From a virus, in the IMG/VR virus record IMGVR_UViG_3300042305_001483: DNA of 64,000 nucleotides; one strand, given 5' to 3'. The position numbers and the translations under genes were made by a program. Below are positions 22,324 through 32,599 of this stretch, in pieces. The notes beneath the pieces are model-generated. The model was not told where the DNA came from. It saw only the letters and a list, made by a program, of their open reading frames with translations, and made no database searches. Each line of letters begins with the position of its first letter. Positions within the stretch are counted from its first letter, which is position 1.

Positions 22324-25300
22324 TTATTCTAACGGTGGTAGTCCTAATCTTTTTCTAATTATTGGATCATCACCTGTATAAGGAGGCGCATTGGGATCAT
22401 TTAATTTATTAAACAGTCGATCAAGTGGACTTGGAGAAGATGCATTACTTCCAAATTTAGACCCAACTGATCCTAATATACTTTTATCTTTTACAGATTT
22501 ACTTCCTATTTGATTCGAAATTAATTTTGACGAAGTTTCATACTTATCTTTAATAATAGTACTATCAATTCTATTTTCAGTCGAAATTAAATTTTTATAA
22601 GGATTAATTTCAAAATTTTGAGGGTTATTTGAAACTTGACTTAATAAATCTTCTGGTACAATATTCGTTGACAAATTTTTAAAACTTCTAGACCCATATA
22701 AGTCTGCAAGACCTTGCACTCCTTTTTTAGAAACTACAGATCTTGCATAACTTTTGTCAATCTCAGATAAAGGATTAGGTGCAACAGAATATGGCGCAGT
22801 AGGAGGAATATTTGGAATCTTGCTCGACGGCAATATATCAAACGCTAAACCTGTATCCACGGCTTGTTCTAAATTAACATCAGAGGGAATAGATTTTGAT
22901 AGGTCTTTTATTTGCCCTAAAACTTTACTTTGTAATTTAGGATCAATACCAGATAAAGAAGAAGGATTAATTCCTACGCCGGCAGCAACTGCTTCTGGAT
23001 CTGCAGGACCTCCGGCAAAAGATTTAATTTTATCTCCAACTTTTCCAACAAACTTTCCAACATCATTTGCCATTCCAGAAACTGCATTTAAGGTATCTTT
23101 ACCTAACTTCTTAAAAGGCTCTACTGTACCTGAAAATTGATTTTCAGGCAAACTAGTATCAGCAGGGTTTGTTATAGAAACAGTTGCCCCCTCACCAATT
23201 CCAGAACCGACATTAGATTGATTTTTAATAGATTTTAATGCAGAATTAATAACTCCTGTTGCTAATAACCCTATAGCTCTTTCTTTAGGCAAATTTCCAG
23301 TAAGAACATTTGTAGCAATTGCCAATGCTGCTGCAGAATCTATATCTCCCTTGGCTCGATCAAATAAACCACCAGGATTAATAGAAGGTTGAGGAATTCT
23401 TGAAACTGCTGGTACTATATCTTTAGCCTGTCTAGAATTAATATAAAGTCCTGTAACACTGTTTTGCATTCTTGATCCTTGAAAGATTGCAGATGAAGGA
23501 ATGTTATTTGACATTAATCTAATGTTTGATGAGACATCAACTGGCAAAGGTTGTCCAATAACAGATGATCCTGCAAATAATCCGCTAGGTCTGCCTGCCA
23601 GTCCATAGGATCTAGTTAAATTAGTAACAGGAGTACCACCAAGACCACCGCTGGGAGGTGGAGGGGGTGGAGGAGGTGCCTCTTCTTGAATTTGATCTGC
23701 GGCAGTTGTAGCAGAAGATCCTTGGCTAAGTTGTTCTGCTATCGTTGCAGAACTAGGTCTAAAACTAGCACCCCTAGCAGTTGAAGAATCAGCCCTAACT
23801 TGATCAACAGGATCACTTGTTTGAACTAACAGCGTTTTTGGATCAGTAGGTTTTACACTATAATCTAATATTTGACCAGGTACTCTAATAACACTTAAAG
23901 TTTGTTTAAACACACCTTCTCTAAAAGTACTTAAAATTTCAGTAACTTGATATGATCCACTAAAAGGTACTCTATTTTTATCAAAAAACATAGTACCTCC
24001 GTTTTCTAAAGGTAAAATATCAATTGGATTTCTAAAATTAATTGTTATTAAAAGTTGTCCGTAAAGATGATTCGCTTCGCCATTTTTATTTAGACCTCTT
24101 TTTTCTGGTTCCAAATTTATATTGCCTATACCGCCGGTTATTAAAAATAATGGATCGCCTAAAATTTCTAATTTTCCATCAACAAGACTTGCTTTAGAAT
24201 TAACTACAGCCTCATGCATATGTCTCGCCATAACAGAATATGGATCGTCTAATGGCTGACTTGCATTACCTCCATATGCTTGAACTGGAGTAATTGCTAT
24301 CTTTTTAGGTGGAAGAGGAACTTGCGATTGTTTTTGATCTCCAACAGTCGGTGATTCTGCTCCAATTTTTTTACCACCATCACTAGTAGATCCAAGTTGA
24401 GAACTAGGCCTTTTATCATTAGCCATAGCAGCAGGTAATGCTTCAAAAAACAATGTATTAAAATTTAATCTAAAATTTATAACATCATAGTTTTGACCAG
24501 TATATATGTAATTATATTCTCTTAAACTTAATTTTTTAAGTTCAGATTCATTAATAATTGCATCTGAATAATTTGGTATTTCTGTATAATGAATCTTATA
24601 TGGTGAAACAACATATGTAATATTTTGTGCTGGTTTTTTTGTTACTTTATTAATTCCGTTTTTTAATGTTACTTCTATTCGAACCGTAAAATAATCAACC
24701 ATTCCAAACTGGTCTGGAATATTTGGAACTTTTCCTAAGAAAGCAATTAAATTTTTTGTATATTCACTGTCTCTTATAACTGACGCAATAACTTCGTGAA
24801 CGTTTGCGTTTTCATTAATATGAATTACTGATTTAGTAGGAGTTAACTTTGACCCTTCAGGATTTCTAGATTGATCCTGAGGAGTAGGTTGAGGATTTTG
24901 TTGCGGAGCACCTTCTACCTTATAAGCAGTAGGCTGAGTTGTTTCGGCAGGATCTTCCATCTTATATAACGCATTTTCTTTCATAACTTTGACAAAAATA
25001 GATTTTGCCAATGGACTGTCATCACTATCTATCCATCCTTGTTCATTATCAAAAATTTTAAACTTAATAAAATATTCGTCAATTTGTGTACTATCTAGTC
25101 CAGCATTTGTATCTTTATACATTTGAACTGTTTGCGAATTTAAATTTTTAATAAGATTATATAAAATTTCTTTAACTGTATTTCCTTCGGATTTGAGAGG
25201 TTTCTTAATTTGATTTGCTTCACCAAAAAGTTTTTCGTTTGCAGGCACAGCCTCGCATCTATAACGAGTTCCTCTTTCAGTAATATCAACTTCAATATTT

Positions 25301-26016
25301 GAAAATGTTATAGGAAAATATCGAGTAGATTTTGGAACTGTTTCTGGATCTGAAAATTCGTTGCCATCTTTATAACCTTTAAATTCTAATTTTAAAATAA
25401 AATTTGCTTGCACATAACTTGTATATCCTGTTGCAATAGAAGTTACATAAAGAGCTTCAAGAAATCCATTTACACTATATGGTTCAATTATTTCAAATTT
25501 GATTGACGTAGGCATTGATACATTTGACTGTTTACTAAATGATGCTACTGATTGAATTTCTACATTGTCTATAAACATGTCAAATCGACCAGGACTGTCT
25601 TTATTAAAGCCTGCGACTGTAGATGATGCACTATAATCTGTCACAGTAATGTCTTTAGTTCCTGCAACTACAACTTCATTTCCTTCCATTACTGTAATCT
25701 TTTCTTCTCCAACTTTTCTTTCGATACCTGCAACGTTAGTTGAAAGACCTGTGGTACCTTTACCTCCAGATTTTAAAATTACAAAATCTAATTCTCCTTC
25801 ACTTAATAGTTGTGGATTTGAAAGAAATTCTTTTTTACATCCGGCCAATGTCCAATTATATGTAACTGATCTATAATTGTGAAGGATATTTTTTTCACCG
25901 GACTGAACAACTTCTTGTTTGTTTTGTTCCTGAAATTGATTTTCTTCAGAATTAGTATTTCTAGAAATTTCTGGAGAATCATATACATTATTTTGAACAT
26001 CTATCCTGGAAGACAT
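22324..26016 (-). CDS. Baseplate hub/tail protein (gp27-like position) with low-complexity C-terminal extension
   Basis: NILHNYRSVTYNWTL, FEIIEPYS, LEILGDP and GSYQVTEILSTFREGVFKQTL motifs of hub proteins; sits between gp53-like and gp5-like genes. Confidence 0.55.
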   Translation of the reverse strand: MSSRIDVQNNVYDSPEISRNTNSEENQFQEQNKQEVVQSGEKNILHNYRSVTYNWTLAGCKKEFLSNPQLLSEGELDFVILKSGGKGTTGLSTNVAGIERKVGEEKITVMEGNEVVVAGTKDITVTDYSASSTVAGFNKDSPGRFDMFIDNVEIQSVASFSKQSNVSMPTSIKFEIIEPYSVNGFLEALYVTSIATGYTSYVQANFILKLEFKGYKDGNEFSDPETVPKSTRYFPITFSNIEVDITERGTRYRCEAVPANEKLFGEANQIKKPLKSEGNTVKEILYNLIKNLNSQTVQMYKDTNAGLDSTQIDEYFIKFKIFDNEQGWIDSDDSPLAKSIFVKVMKENALYKMEDPAETTQPTAYKVEGAPQQNPQPTPQDQSRNPEGSKLTPTKSVIHINENANVHEVIASVIRDSEYTKNLIAFLGKVPNIPDQFGMVDYFTVRIEVTLKNGINKVTKKPAQNITYVVSPYKIHYTEIPNYSDAIINESELKKLSLREYNYIYTGQNYDVINFRLNFNTLFFEALPAAMANDKRPSSQLGSTSDGGKKIGAESPTVGDQKQSQVPLPPKKIAITPVQAYGGNASQPLDDPYSVMARHMHEAVVNSKASLVDGKLEILGDPLFLITGGIGNINLEPEKRGLNKNGEANHLYGQLLITINFRNPIDILPLENGGTMFFDKNRVPFSGSYQVTEILSTFREGVFKQTLSVIRVPGQILDYSVKPTDPKTLLVQTSDPVDQVRADSSTARGASFRPSSATIAEQLSQGSSATTAADQIQEEAPPPPPPPPSGGLGGTPVTNLTRSYGLAGRPSGLFAGSSVIGQPLPVDVSSNIRLMSNNIPSSAIFQGSRMQNSVTGLYINSRQAKDIVPAVSRIPQPSINPGGLFDRAKGDIDSAAALAIATNVLTGNLPKERAIGLLATGVINSALKSIKNQSNVGSGIGEGATVSITNPADTSLPENQFSGTVEPFKKLGKDTLNAVSGMANDVGKFVGKVGDKIKSFAGGPADPEAVAAGVGINPSSLSGIDPKLQSKVLGQIKDLSKSIPSDVNLEQAVDTGLAFDILPSSKIPNIPPTAPYSVAPNPLSEIDKSYARSVVSKKGVQGLADLYGSRSFKNLSTNIVPEDLLSQVSNNPQNFEINPYKNLISTENRIDSTIIKDKYETSSKLISNQIGSKSVKDKSILGSVGSKFGSNASSPSPLDRLFNKLNDPNAPPYTGDDPIIRKRLGLPPLE

Positions 26017-26017
26017 A

Positions 26018-26317
26018 TTAGATACCTAACACTCGTTGAATGGTTGTTATTTTAGGAAGATATATATTTGTGCCTGCCCGCATATCAAAAATTGGATCTT
26101 TAATTTTTGCTTTATTTCTTACAGAAAAAACCCACCATAACTTTTCATTTTTGTACAAATCGTAAGCCAATAAATCTGGCCTATTTTCGTATGTCGAGGT
26201 AATGGTGTATAAAATATCATCCTTTTCTGCAGGTATATCTCTAGGAACATAGGTATCAAGATAACCATTTGATACAGATGTCAAATAATAAGGACTGTCT
26301 TTAGAATACAATGCCAT
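26018..26317 (-). CDS. gp53: Baseplate wedge protein, gp53-like (LysM-like)
   Basis: YENRPDLLAYDLYKNEKLWWVF...N...IKDPIFD...G..IYLP motif. Confidence 0.75.
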   Translation of the reverse strand: MALYSKDSPYYLTSVSNGYLDTYVPRDIPAEKDDILYTITSTYENRPDLLAYDLYKNEKLWWVFSVRNKAKIKDPIFDMRAGTNIYLPKITTIQRVLGI

Positions 26318-27243
26318 TATACAAACCCTTTAGAAGATATAAAATTCGATTCATTGTTAATATATTTTGTAACACTGAAATCTTGCATTTCTGCTCTACT
26401 GTACATAGGTATACAAGTAACAGAAATTGTTGAGACAACAGGAACTGAAGTTGATCCAAAAATTTCATCATCGACGATTGTAAAATAATCAACACTATCG
26501 GGCAGTTCCATCCTAACACTACCTATGGCTACCGGCACATTATCAAGTATAAATTTTCCATGTGCTACGAGCCTACAAACTGGAGGAGGACTACCGCTGT
26601 CAGGATCCCCTGTCCTTCCTCCAGATCGCATCCTTGTCAAGGATTTAAGAAGATGCATAGTCGATAGCAATACCAATGCATCGTTTTTTGATTCTACAGT
26701 AAATTTTCCCGAAACACTAATATTTCCTATTGAAGATTTTTGATAAAAATTTATCTGAAAGTTAGAGTGCAGCGGTGTTGCCGAACTATAGTCTGCTTTT
26801 AAATCAAACTGAATGCTAGGGGTATATGGAAAAATTACACCTTTAAGTGTTCTCAATGCGCCATTTGGCCCTGAAGTAATTTTTGTCCAATAATTAGGAG
26901 GAACTAAAATTTTAACTCTAAGATCTTGTCCTAATTTTTTTCCTCCCACATCATAAACATTGACAACAGGATCGCCTTTTTGTTTTTTAGGCATAGCACC
27001 AGGATCTCCTGCAGGAGTCGGTCTAGCACCGTAGTCAACTTCAGGAGTTTCTTCACGAGGCAAGTTTCTTCCTGCTCCATAAATGTCAATTTCTGGAGTA
27101 AAAATTTCTGCTGTTTGTTGCCTGGCTTGTCTTGCATTGTCTGTTCTACTAGGCAATGTTGTTGAATCTATAGAACTTCTAAACGCTTCATACTCAGCCT
27201 TTGAAACTTGCTTTCCATTGATAGTATAAACTTCAGTGCTCAT
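26317..27243 (-). CDS. Tail-tube initiator/baseplate protein (gp48/gp54-like); start revised to 27243
   Basis: FPYTPSI and GSPPPVCRL motifs. ATG 27243 has AAGGA upstream and TTAAATA at 27270-27264; the longer track ORF would overlap gp55. Confidence 0.55.
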   Translation of the reverse strand: MSTEVYTINGKQVSKAEYEAFRSSIDSTTLPSRTDNARQARQQTAEIFTPEIDIYGAGRNLPREETPEVDYGARPTPAGDPGAMPKKQKGDPVVNVYDVGGKKLGQDLRVKILVPPNYWTKITSGPNGALRTLKGVIFPYTPSIQFDLKADYSSATPLHSNFQINFYQKSSIGNISVSGKFTVESKNDALVLLSTMHLLKSLTRMRSGGRTGDPDSGSPPPVCRLVAHGKFILDNVPVAIGSVRMELPDSVDYFTIVDDEIFGSTSVPVVSTISVTCIPMYSRAEMQDFSVTKYINNESNFISSKGFV

Positions 27244-27263
27244 TTCTTTTTTCCTTATCATTG

Positions 27264-27280
27264 TATTTAACCAATAAATA
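27264..27280. promoter_or_regulatory. Back-to-back late-promoter cores (TAAATA on each strand)
   Basis: tatttaa-cca-ataaata: minus-strand TTAAATA at 27270-27264 faces the baseplate operon; plus-strand ATAAATA at 27274-27280 faces gp55. Confidence 0.6.
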
Positions 27281-27297
27281 AACCACCCGTTTAATGG

Positions 27298-27326
27298 TTG
27301 ACATTTGCAGTTTTTATTAATACAAT
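27298..27326 (+). promoter_or_regulatory. Sigma70-type promoter for gp55
   Basis: TTGACA (27298-27303), 17 nt, TACAAT (27321-27326); SD AAGGA before ATG 27350. Confidence 0.8.
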
Positions 27327-27349
27327 CAACTACAAAGGAAAAAACAATA

Positions 27350-28255
27350 ATGACCGACCCAGTGTTACCGACTTTACGAAAAGTAAAATATTTAAATAAT
27401 AAAGATTTATTAGCAGAAATCCATAAGAGCAAATGCAGTTTTTCGAGTTTTACTAAAAAAGAATACAGCCAACATGATATAATCTTGTCAAATATAGATA
27501 AAATTAATATTCGATCAATAGCAGAAGCAAAAAGAAATCGAGCAAAAAGATTAGGTTTAGAATTATTTTTAAAATTAAAAACCGAAGGAGATAAAAAAAC
27601 AAAACTTTCGGAATGTATCCCAAATTATAAAACTATTCCAAAAACAGATCTAATATTTAGAATAATGACATTTGATCATATTCCCCTGTCTCCGGGAAGA
27701 AAAAAAACAACAAAAACTACCGCAGATAGTCACGATAAAGTTAATTTTCCCCCGTTCCAACATTGGAAATTTGATGAAAACGACGAATTAGTGTGTGTCG
27801 GTAAAAGCCATTGGAAGGGCACTTTAGAAAAAGGAAAATTTTCAAAGGATCATGGAAGAATTACTGAAGAATTGGGAAAGATGTTCTTAAAATTAAGTGA
27901 ACGATATGCACAGAGATCAAACTGGCGTGGTTATACTTACGTAGACGAAATGAAGGGACAAGCCATACTACAACTAAGTCAAATTGGGTTGCAATTTGAC
28001 GAAAGCAAATCAGAAAATCCTTTTGCATATTATACTGCGGCAGTAACTAATAGTTTTACTAGAGTGTTAAACATTGAAAAGAAAAATCAAAACATTCGAG
28101 ACGACATGTTGGAAGAAGCCGGATTAACTCCAAGTATTACTCGACAATATCAACACGAATACGCAGAAGAAACTGCAAGACAGGCCGAAATTTATAAAAA
28201 TTTTAGAGCACCTAAAACCAAATCGTTAGAAGATGAAGAAGAACCTGGGGCTTGA
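27350..28255 (+). CDS. gp55: Late-transcription sigma factor, gp55-like; start revised to 27350
   Basis: YLNNKDLLAEI and NWRGYTYVDEMKGQAILQL...FDESKSENPFAYYT motifs; gp55-gp47-gp46 synteny. Confidence 0.85.
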   Translation: MTDPVLPTLRKVKYLNNKDLLAEIHKSKCSFSSFTKKEYSQHDIILSNIDKINIRSIAEAKRNRAKRLGLELFLKLKTEGDKKTKLSECIPNYKTIPKTDLIFRIMTFDHIPLSPGRKKTTKTTADSHDKVNFPPFQHWKFDENDELVCVGKSHWKGTLEKGKFSKDHGRITEELGKMFLKLSERYAQRSNWRGYTYVDEMKGQAILQLSQIGLQFDESKSENPFAYYTAAVTNSFTRVLNIEKKNQNIRDDMLEEAGLTPSITRQYQHEYAEETARQAEIYKNFRAPKTKSLEDEEEPGA

Positions 28256-28280
28256 CTTTTACTCTTAATATATTTAAAAT
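28252..28280 (+). promoter_or_regulatory. Sigma70-type promoter for the gp47 operon
   Basis: TTGACT (28252-28257), 17 nt, TAAAAT (28275-28280); AGGAG SD before ATG 28301. Confidence 0.7.
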
Positions 28281-28300
28281 AATACTAGGAGAAAAATTAT

Positions 28301-29314
28301 ATGAACCTTTTTAAAAAGGTAGCCTGTTTTACAGATCTTCATGTTGGATTAAAAAGTAATTCACCGATACATCTTAAAGATTGCGAAGAGTTTATCGATT
28401 GGTTTATTTTAGAAGCCAAAAAAAATAATTGTGAGACTGGAATATTTTTAGGGGATTGGAGTCATAATCGAAATAGTTTAAATCTTGTAACACTAGATAC
28501 AAGTATTAAGTTATTAGAAAAACTCGGATCTTCTTTTGAACAATTTTTTTGGTTTCCGGGCAATCACGACTTATTTTACAAAGACAAAAGAGATGTCCAC
28601 AGTTCTGCCTTTGGAAGACATATTCCAGGCGTCACTGTAGTCGAAAATGTATGCACCATAGGTGATGTGACTTTAGTACCGTGGTTGGTAGGCGACGAAT
28701 GGAAAGATATCAGTAAAATTAAAAGTCGATATATGTTCGGTCATTTTGAACTACCGTTGTTTTACATGAACGCCATGGTTCAAATGCCAGACACCGGTGA
28801 ATTACAAGCAGAACATTTTAAAAATCAAGACTACGTTTTTAGTGGTCATTTTCATAAAAGACAAAGTAGAGGAAAAGTGCATTATATTGGTAATGCATTT
28901 CCTCATAATTTTGCAGACTCTTGGGACGACGAGCGCGGTATGATGATACTAGAATGGGGAGGTGAGCCACAATATATAAACTGGCTCGATTGTCCCAAAT
29001 TTAGACATGTTAAACTTTCAGATTTAATTGATAAGAAGGATGAAATTTTAAAATCTAAAATGTACTTAAAAGTAAATTTAGATATCGATATTAGTTTTGA
29101 AGAAGCAAATTTTATTAAAGAAACTTTCACTAAAGAACACGATATTAGAGAAATAAGTTTAATTCAAGATAAAATAAATCTTGAAGGGACTATTGATGAC
29201 AACCCAGATCAAAAATTTGAAAGTGTTGATCAAATTGTTTCAGAACAACTAGTTAATATTGATAGCAAAGATTTTGACAAAAACGTTTTATTAAAAATTT
29301 ACAACAGCATATGA
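28301..29314 (+). CDS. gp47: Recombination endonuclease subunit (Mre11/SbcD-like)
   Basis: Metallophosphoesterase motifs DLH, GD, GNHD, GHF, SGHFH. Confidence 0.92.
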   Translation: MNLFKKVACFTDLHVGLKSNSPIHLKDCEEFIDWFILEAKKNNCETGIFLGDWSHNRNSLNLVTLDTSIKLLEKLGSSFEQFFWFPGNHDLFYKDKRDVHSSAFGRHIPGVTVVENVCTIGDVTLVPWLVGDEWKDISKIKSRYMFGHFELPLFYMNAMVQMPDTGELQAEHFKNQDYVFSGHFHKRQSRGKVHYIGNAFPHNFADSWDDERGMMILEWGGEPQYINWLDCPKFRHVKLSDLIDKKDEILKSKMYLKVNLDIDISFEEANFIKETFTKEHDIREISLIQDKINLEGTIDDNPDQKFESVDQIVSEQLVNIDSKDFDKNVLLKIYNSI

Positions 29315-30141
29315 AAATAGTAGACTGTTTTATGTTTTTTAATGAATTTGAATTATTAAAAGGAAGATTACAATATCTAAAAGATCATGTCGACTTTTTT
29401 GTTCTTGTAGAATCGAACATTACACAAAGTGGTCATGAAAAACCTTTGCACTTTGCAGAAAATTTATTTAGGTATAGAGAATTTTTAGATAAAATTCTCT
29501 ATTTTCCCTTTATTGTAGATCGAGAAAAGTTTAATTATAATAAATTACCTTCCTGGGAAAGAGATTATGACACAGGGCCGTGGCAACAAGAAAATGCTCA
29601 AAGAAACTATATTAGCAAAGCATTAAATTTATTCGATGACCACGATATTATTATGATTAGTGACCTTGACGAAATTCCTCATAAAGAATGTATTAACATT
29701 GCCAAAGAATATTTTTCTAAAGGTTGGGATAGATTAGCAGTTGAGCAAGATCATTATGCATATAATTTTAGACAAAAACAGGTTGTCCCAATAAGAGGTA
29801 CTACAATCAGCACTAACAAAATTGTTAAAGAACTAAGCCCGCAACAACTAAGAAATGAAAAATACGGTTATGGTTTAATTTCTAGAGGCGGATGGCACCT
29901 AACTTATTGGGGTGATGTAAAAACTATTCAATATAAAATCGAAACATTTGCTCACCAAGAATTTAATCAAGACAAATTTAAAACACCCGAACACATCAAA
30001 GAAAAAATTTTAAAAGGTGAAGATATGTTCAATCGAAACAATCCTTATGTAAAGGTTGACCCTGAAAAAGAAATTCCCAAAGATGTTCTTGAAATTTTTG
30101 GTGAATTTGAAAGAAAAAACTTAGAATCAATCAATGTTTAA
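29311..30141 (+). CDS. Glycosyltransferase family 17 (MGAT3/GnT-III-like)
   Basis: DCFMFFNEFELL..RL, FVLVESN.T.SG..KPL.F, E..QRN, ISDLDEIP (DxD), GGWHLTY, KIETFAHQE. Confidence 0.8.
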   Translation: MKIVDCFMFFNEFELLKGRLQYLKDHVDFFVLVESNITQSGHEKPLHFAENLFRYREFLDKILYFPFIVDREKFNYNKLPSWERDYDTGPWQQENAQRNYISKALNLFDDHDIIMISDLDEIPHKECINIAKEYFSKGWDRLAVEQDHYAYNFRQKQVVPIRGTTISTNKIVKELSPQQLRNEKYGYGLISRGGWHLTYWGDVKTIQYKIETFAHQEFNQDKFKTPEHIKEKILKGEDMFNRNNPYVKVDPEKEIPKDVLEIFGEFERKNLESINV

Positions 30142-31912
30142 ACTAAAAACTATTACTGTTAAAAATTTCATGAGCGTGGGTAATCAAACTCAGGCAGTAA
30201 ATTTTAATAAAGATCATTTAACTCTTGTGCTTGGATCAAACTTAGACCTTGGCGGAGACGATACTGGTTCAAGAAACGGTACCGGTAAAACTACAATTAT
30301 TAATGCATTAAGTTACGCATTGTACGGCCAAGCATTAACTAATATTAAAAAAGAAAATCTTATTAATAAAATCAACGGTAAAAACATGTTAGTTACTGTT
30401 GACTTTGAAAAAAACAACGCACACTATCGAATTGAGCGTGGCAGAAAATCTAACATTTTAAAATTGTTTGTTAATAACAAAGAATTAAAAGCCAAAGATG
30501 AAGACGAAAGTCAAGGAGATAGTAGAGAAACTCAAAAAACAATTGAAGAAATGCTCGAAATGAGTCATTCAATGTTTAAACATCTTGTTGCCCTTAATAC
30601 ATACACTGAACCGTTCCTTGCAATGAGAGCGGCAGATCAACGAGAAATTATTGAACAACTTCTTGGAATTACTATTCTTTCTACAAAAGCAGAAAATTTA
30701 AAAATTGAAATCAAAAATACCAAAGATAAAATTTTAGCAGAAAATTTAAAAATTGAAACTATTAAAACATCAAACGAAAACATACAAAAAAGTATTGATA
30801 GTTTGCAATTAAAAAGTAATCTATGGGATACTAAACATCAACAAGAATTGGAAAGTTTAGGTCGAGCCATTGTTAATCTCGAATCAGTAGATATTATTCA
30901 AGAATTAGAAAATCATAAAAATTTAAAACTTTGGGAAGAACTTGATACAAAAATTCGAGGTCTTAACAAACAAAAAGCAACCCTAGAAAGCGCAGTTATA
31001 CAGGCTCAAAAAACTAGAGACAAATATGTTCGAGAAGTAGAGTCTCTATCTAGTAAAACTTGCCCGGCGTGTGAACAAGAGTTGCACGATCATAAACACC
31101 AAGAAATGACTGCAACTGCTATGAATAATTTAGCCGATGCACAAACTTACTTTGATAAGGTAGTAAATGATTTAGAAAAAATATCAGAAGAAATTAGCGA
31201 AAAAAATGTTTTTCCTAAACCTAACACATTTTACGAAACAGAAGCAGAAGCACTGGGACACAAAAATAATCTCGATAATTTAGAAAAATCTTTGTTAGAA
31301 AAAGCAGACGAAAAAAATCCTTATCAAGAACAAATAGATGATTTAAAGAAAACTGCAATTCAAACAGTCGATTGGACTGCCATTAACGATCTAACAAAAT
31401 TAAAAGATCATCAAGAGTTTTTATTAAAATTATTAACTAATAAAGATAGTTTTATCAGAAAGAAAATTATAGATCAAAATTTAAATTACCTAAACAAAAG
31501 ATTAACCTATTACATTGACAAGTTAGGGCTTCCTCACAAGGTTGTGTTTCAAAACGATTTAACTGTAGAAATTACTCAATTAGGTCAAGAATTAGACTTT
31601 GATAATTTAAGCAGGGGAGAACGAAATAGACTGATCCTTTCAATGAGTTTTGCTTTTAGAGATGTTTGGGAAGGACTGTACCAAAGTATCAATTTGTTGT
31701 TTATTGATGAATTGGTTGATGCAGGAATGGACTTTGCCGGCGTTGAAGCCAGTTTAGCGGTATTGAAAAAAATGGCCAGGGATAGAAATAAGAATATATA
31801 CTTAATATCTCATAAAGATGAATTGATTGGACGAGTTAACAACGTATTAAAAGTAACAAAAGAAAACGGATTTACAAGTTATTCAAATGATATTGATTAT
31901 GTCGAACATTGA
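30134..31912 (+). CDS. gp46: Recombination ATPase subunit (Rad50/SbcC-like)
   Basis: Walker A NGTGKTT, zinc hook CPAC, signature LSRGE, Walker B LLFIDE, ISH motif, coiled coils. Confidence 0.93.
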   Translation: MFKLKTITVKNFMSVGNQTQAVNFNKDHLTLVLGSNLDLGGDDTGSRNGTGKTTIINALSYALYGQALTNIKKENLINKINGKNMLVTVDFEKNNAHYRIERGRKSNILKLFVNNKELKAKDEDESQGDSRETQKTIEEMLEMSHSMFKHLVALNTYTEPFLAMRAADQREIIEQLLGITILSTKAENLKIEIKNTKDKILAENLKIETIKTSNENIQKSIDSLQLKSNLWDTKHQQELESLGRAIVNLESVDIIQELENHKNLKLWEELDTKIRGLNKQKATLESAVIQAQKTRDKYVREVESLSSKTCPACEQELHDHKHQEMTATAMNNLADAQTYFDKVVNDLEKISEEISEKNVFPKPNTFYETEAEALGHKNNLDNLEKSLLEKADEKNPYQEQIDDLKKTAIQTVDWTAINDLTKLKDHQEFLLKLLTNKDSFIRKKIIDQNLNYLNKRLTYYIDKLGLPHKVVFQNDLTVEITQLGQELDFDNLSRGERNRLILSMSFAFRDVWEGLYQSINLLFIDELVDAGMDFAGVEASLAVLKKMARDRNKNIYLISHKDELIGRVNNVLKVTKENGFTSYSNDIDYVEH

Positions 31913-32189
31913 ATTAGAAAAATATAAAAATTTATACTCTCAACTAATTTCAGAGTTTGCTACTTTACACAATTCTCACCAACTCTTTATAAGAACCAAA
32001 GGTAGAGATCCTGCTATGGTTTCTAGAAGGAGTTTAAGATCTATTGCAAAAATTGCTAATGAAATGAAAAGACAAGGTCAAAAAGTATCACAAGAATTTA
32101 TGGCAAACAAAAGATTAGAAAAAATTCGTCTTAGAGAAGAAAAAGCAACGAAAAAGACGAAAAAACATGACTTGGCTATATCAAAATAA
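31899..32189 (+). CDS. Small basic helical hypothetical protein (possibly nucleic-acid binding)
   Basis: K/R-rich; overlaps both neighbours; start at 31899 or 31887. Confidence 0.5.
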   Translation: MSNIELEKYKNLYSQLISEFATLHNSHQLFIRTKGRDPAMVSRRSLRSIAKIANEMKRQGQKVSQEFMANKRLEKIRLREEKATKKTKKHDLAISK

Positions 32190-32592
32190 TACCATAACAG
32201 AATTACCCGAAGATTGTGTAGGCTTTGTTTATATCATTACTAACAAAATAACAAATAGAAAATACATTGGCAAAAAATTGGCAAAATTTAGTAAAACGAC
32301 CTACAAGACTGTAAAGTTAAAGAACGGCACAAAAAAGAAAAAGAAAATTCGAAGCAAAATAGACAGCGACTGGCAAGATTATTATGGCTCAAACGAACAA
32401 TTGAATAAAGATGTAGTACAACTAGGCACAGAAAATTTTATAAGAGAAATACTTTATTTTTGTAAATCTAAAGCAGAATGCAGTTACATTGAGGCAAGAG
32501 AACAATTTTCAAGGCGAGTTTTAGAAACAAACGAATATTATAACGGGCATATACAAGTCCGTGTCCATGGCTCACACATATTAAAATCTTAA
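32167..32592 (+). CDS. Compact GIY-YIG (Seg-like) endonuclease
   Basis: GFVYIITN...KYIGKK, YYGS, FIREIL, E in YIEAREQ, YYN; 141 aa with a basic KKKKKIR insertion and no appended DNA-binding domain. Confidence 0.8.
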   Translation: MTWLYQNNTITELPEDCVGFVYIITNKITNRKYIGKKLAKFSKTTYKTVKLKNGTKKKKKIRSKIDSDWQDYYGSNEQLNKDVVQLGTENFIREILYFCKSKAECSYIEAREQFSRRVLETNEYYNGHIQVRVHGSHILKS

Positions 32593-32599
32593 GGCACTT

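Noticed and set aside
143-27165. Short plus-strand ORFs and nested minus-strand ORFs in the baseplate block
   Set aside because: Antisense or out-of-frame shadows of long structural genes.
27244-27432. N-terminal extensions of the 371-aa and 316-aa track ORFs
   Set aside because: They overlap each other and the promoter region; SD-supported starts are 27243 (-) and 27350 (+).
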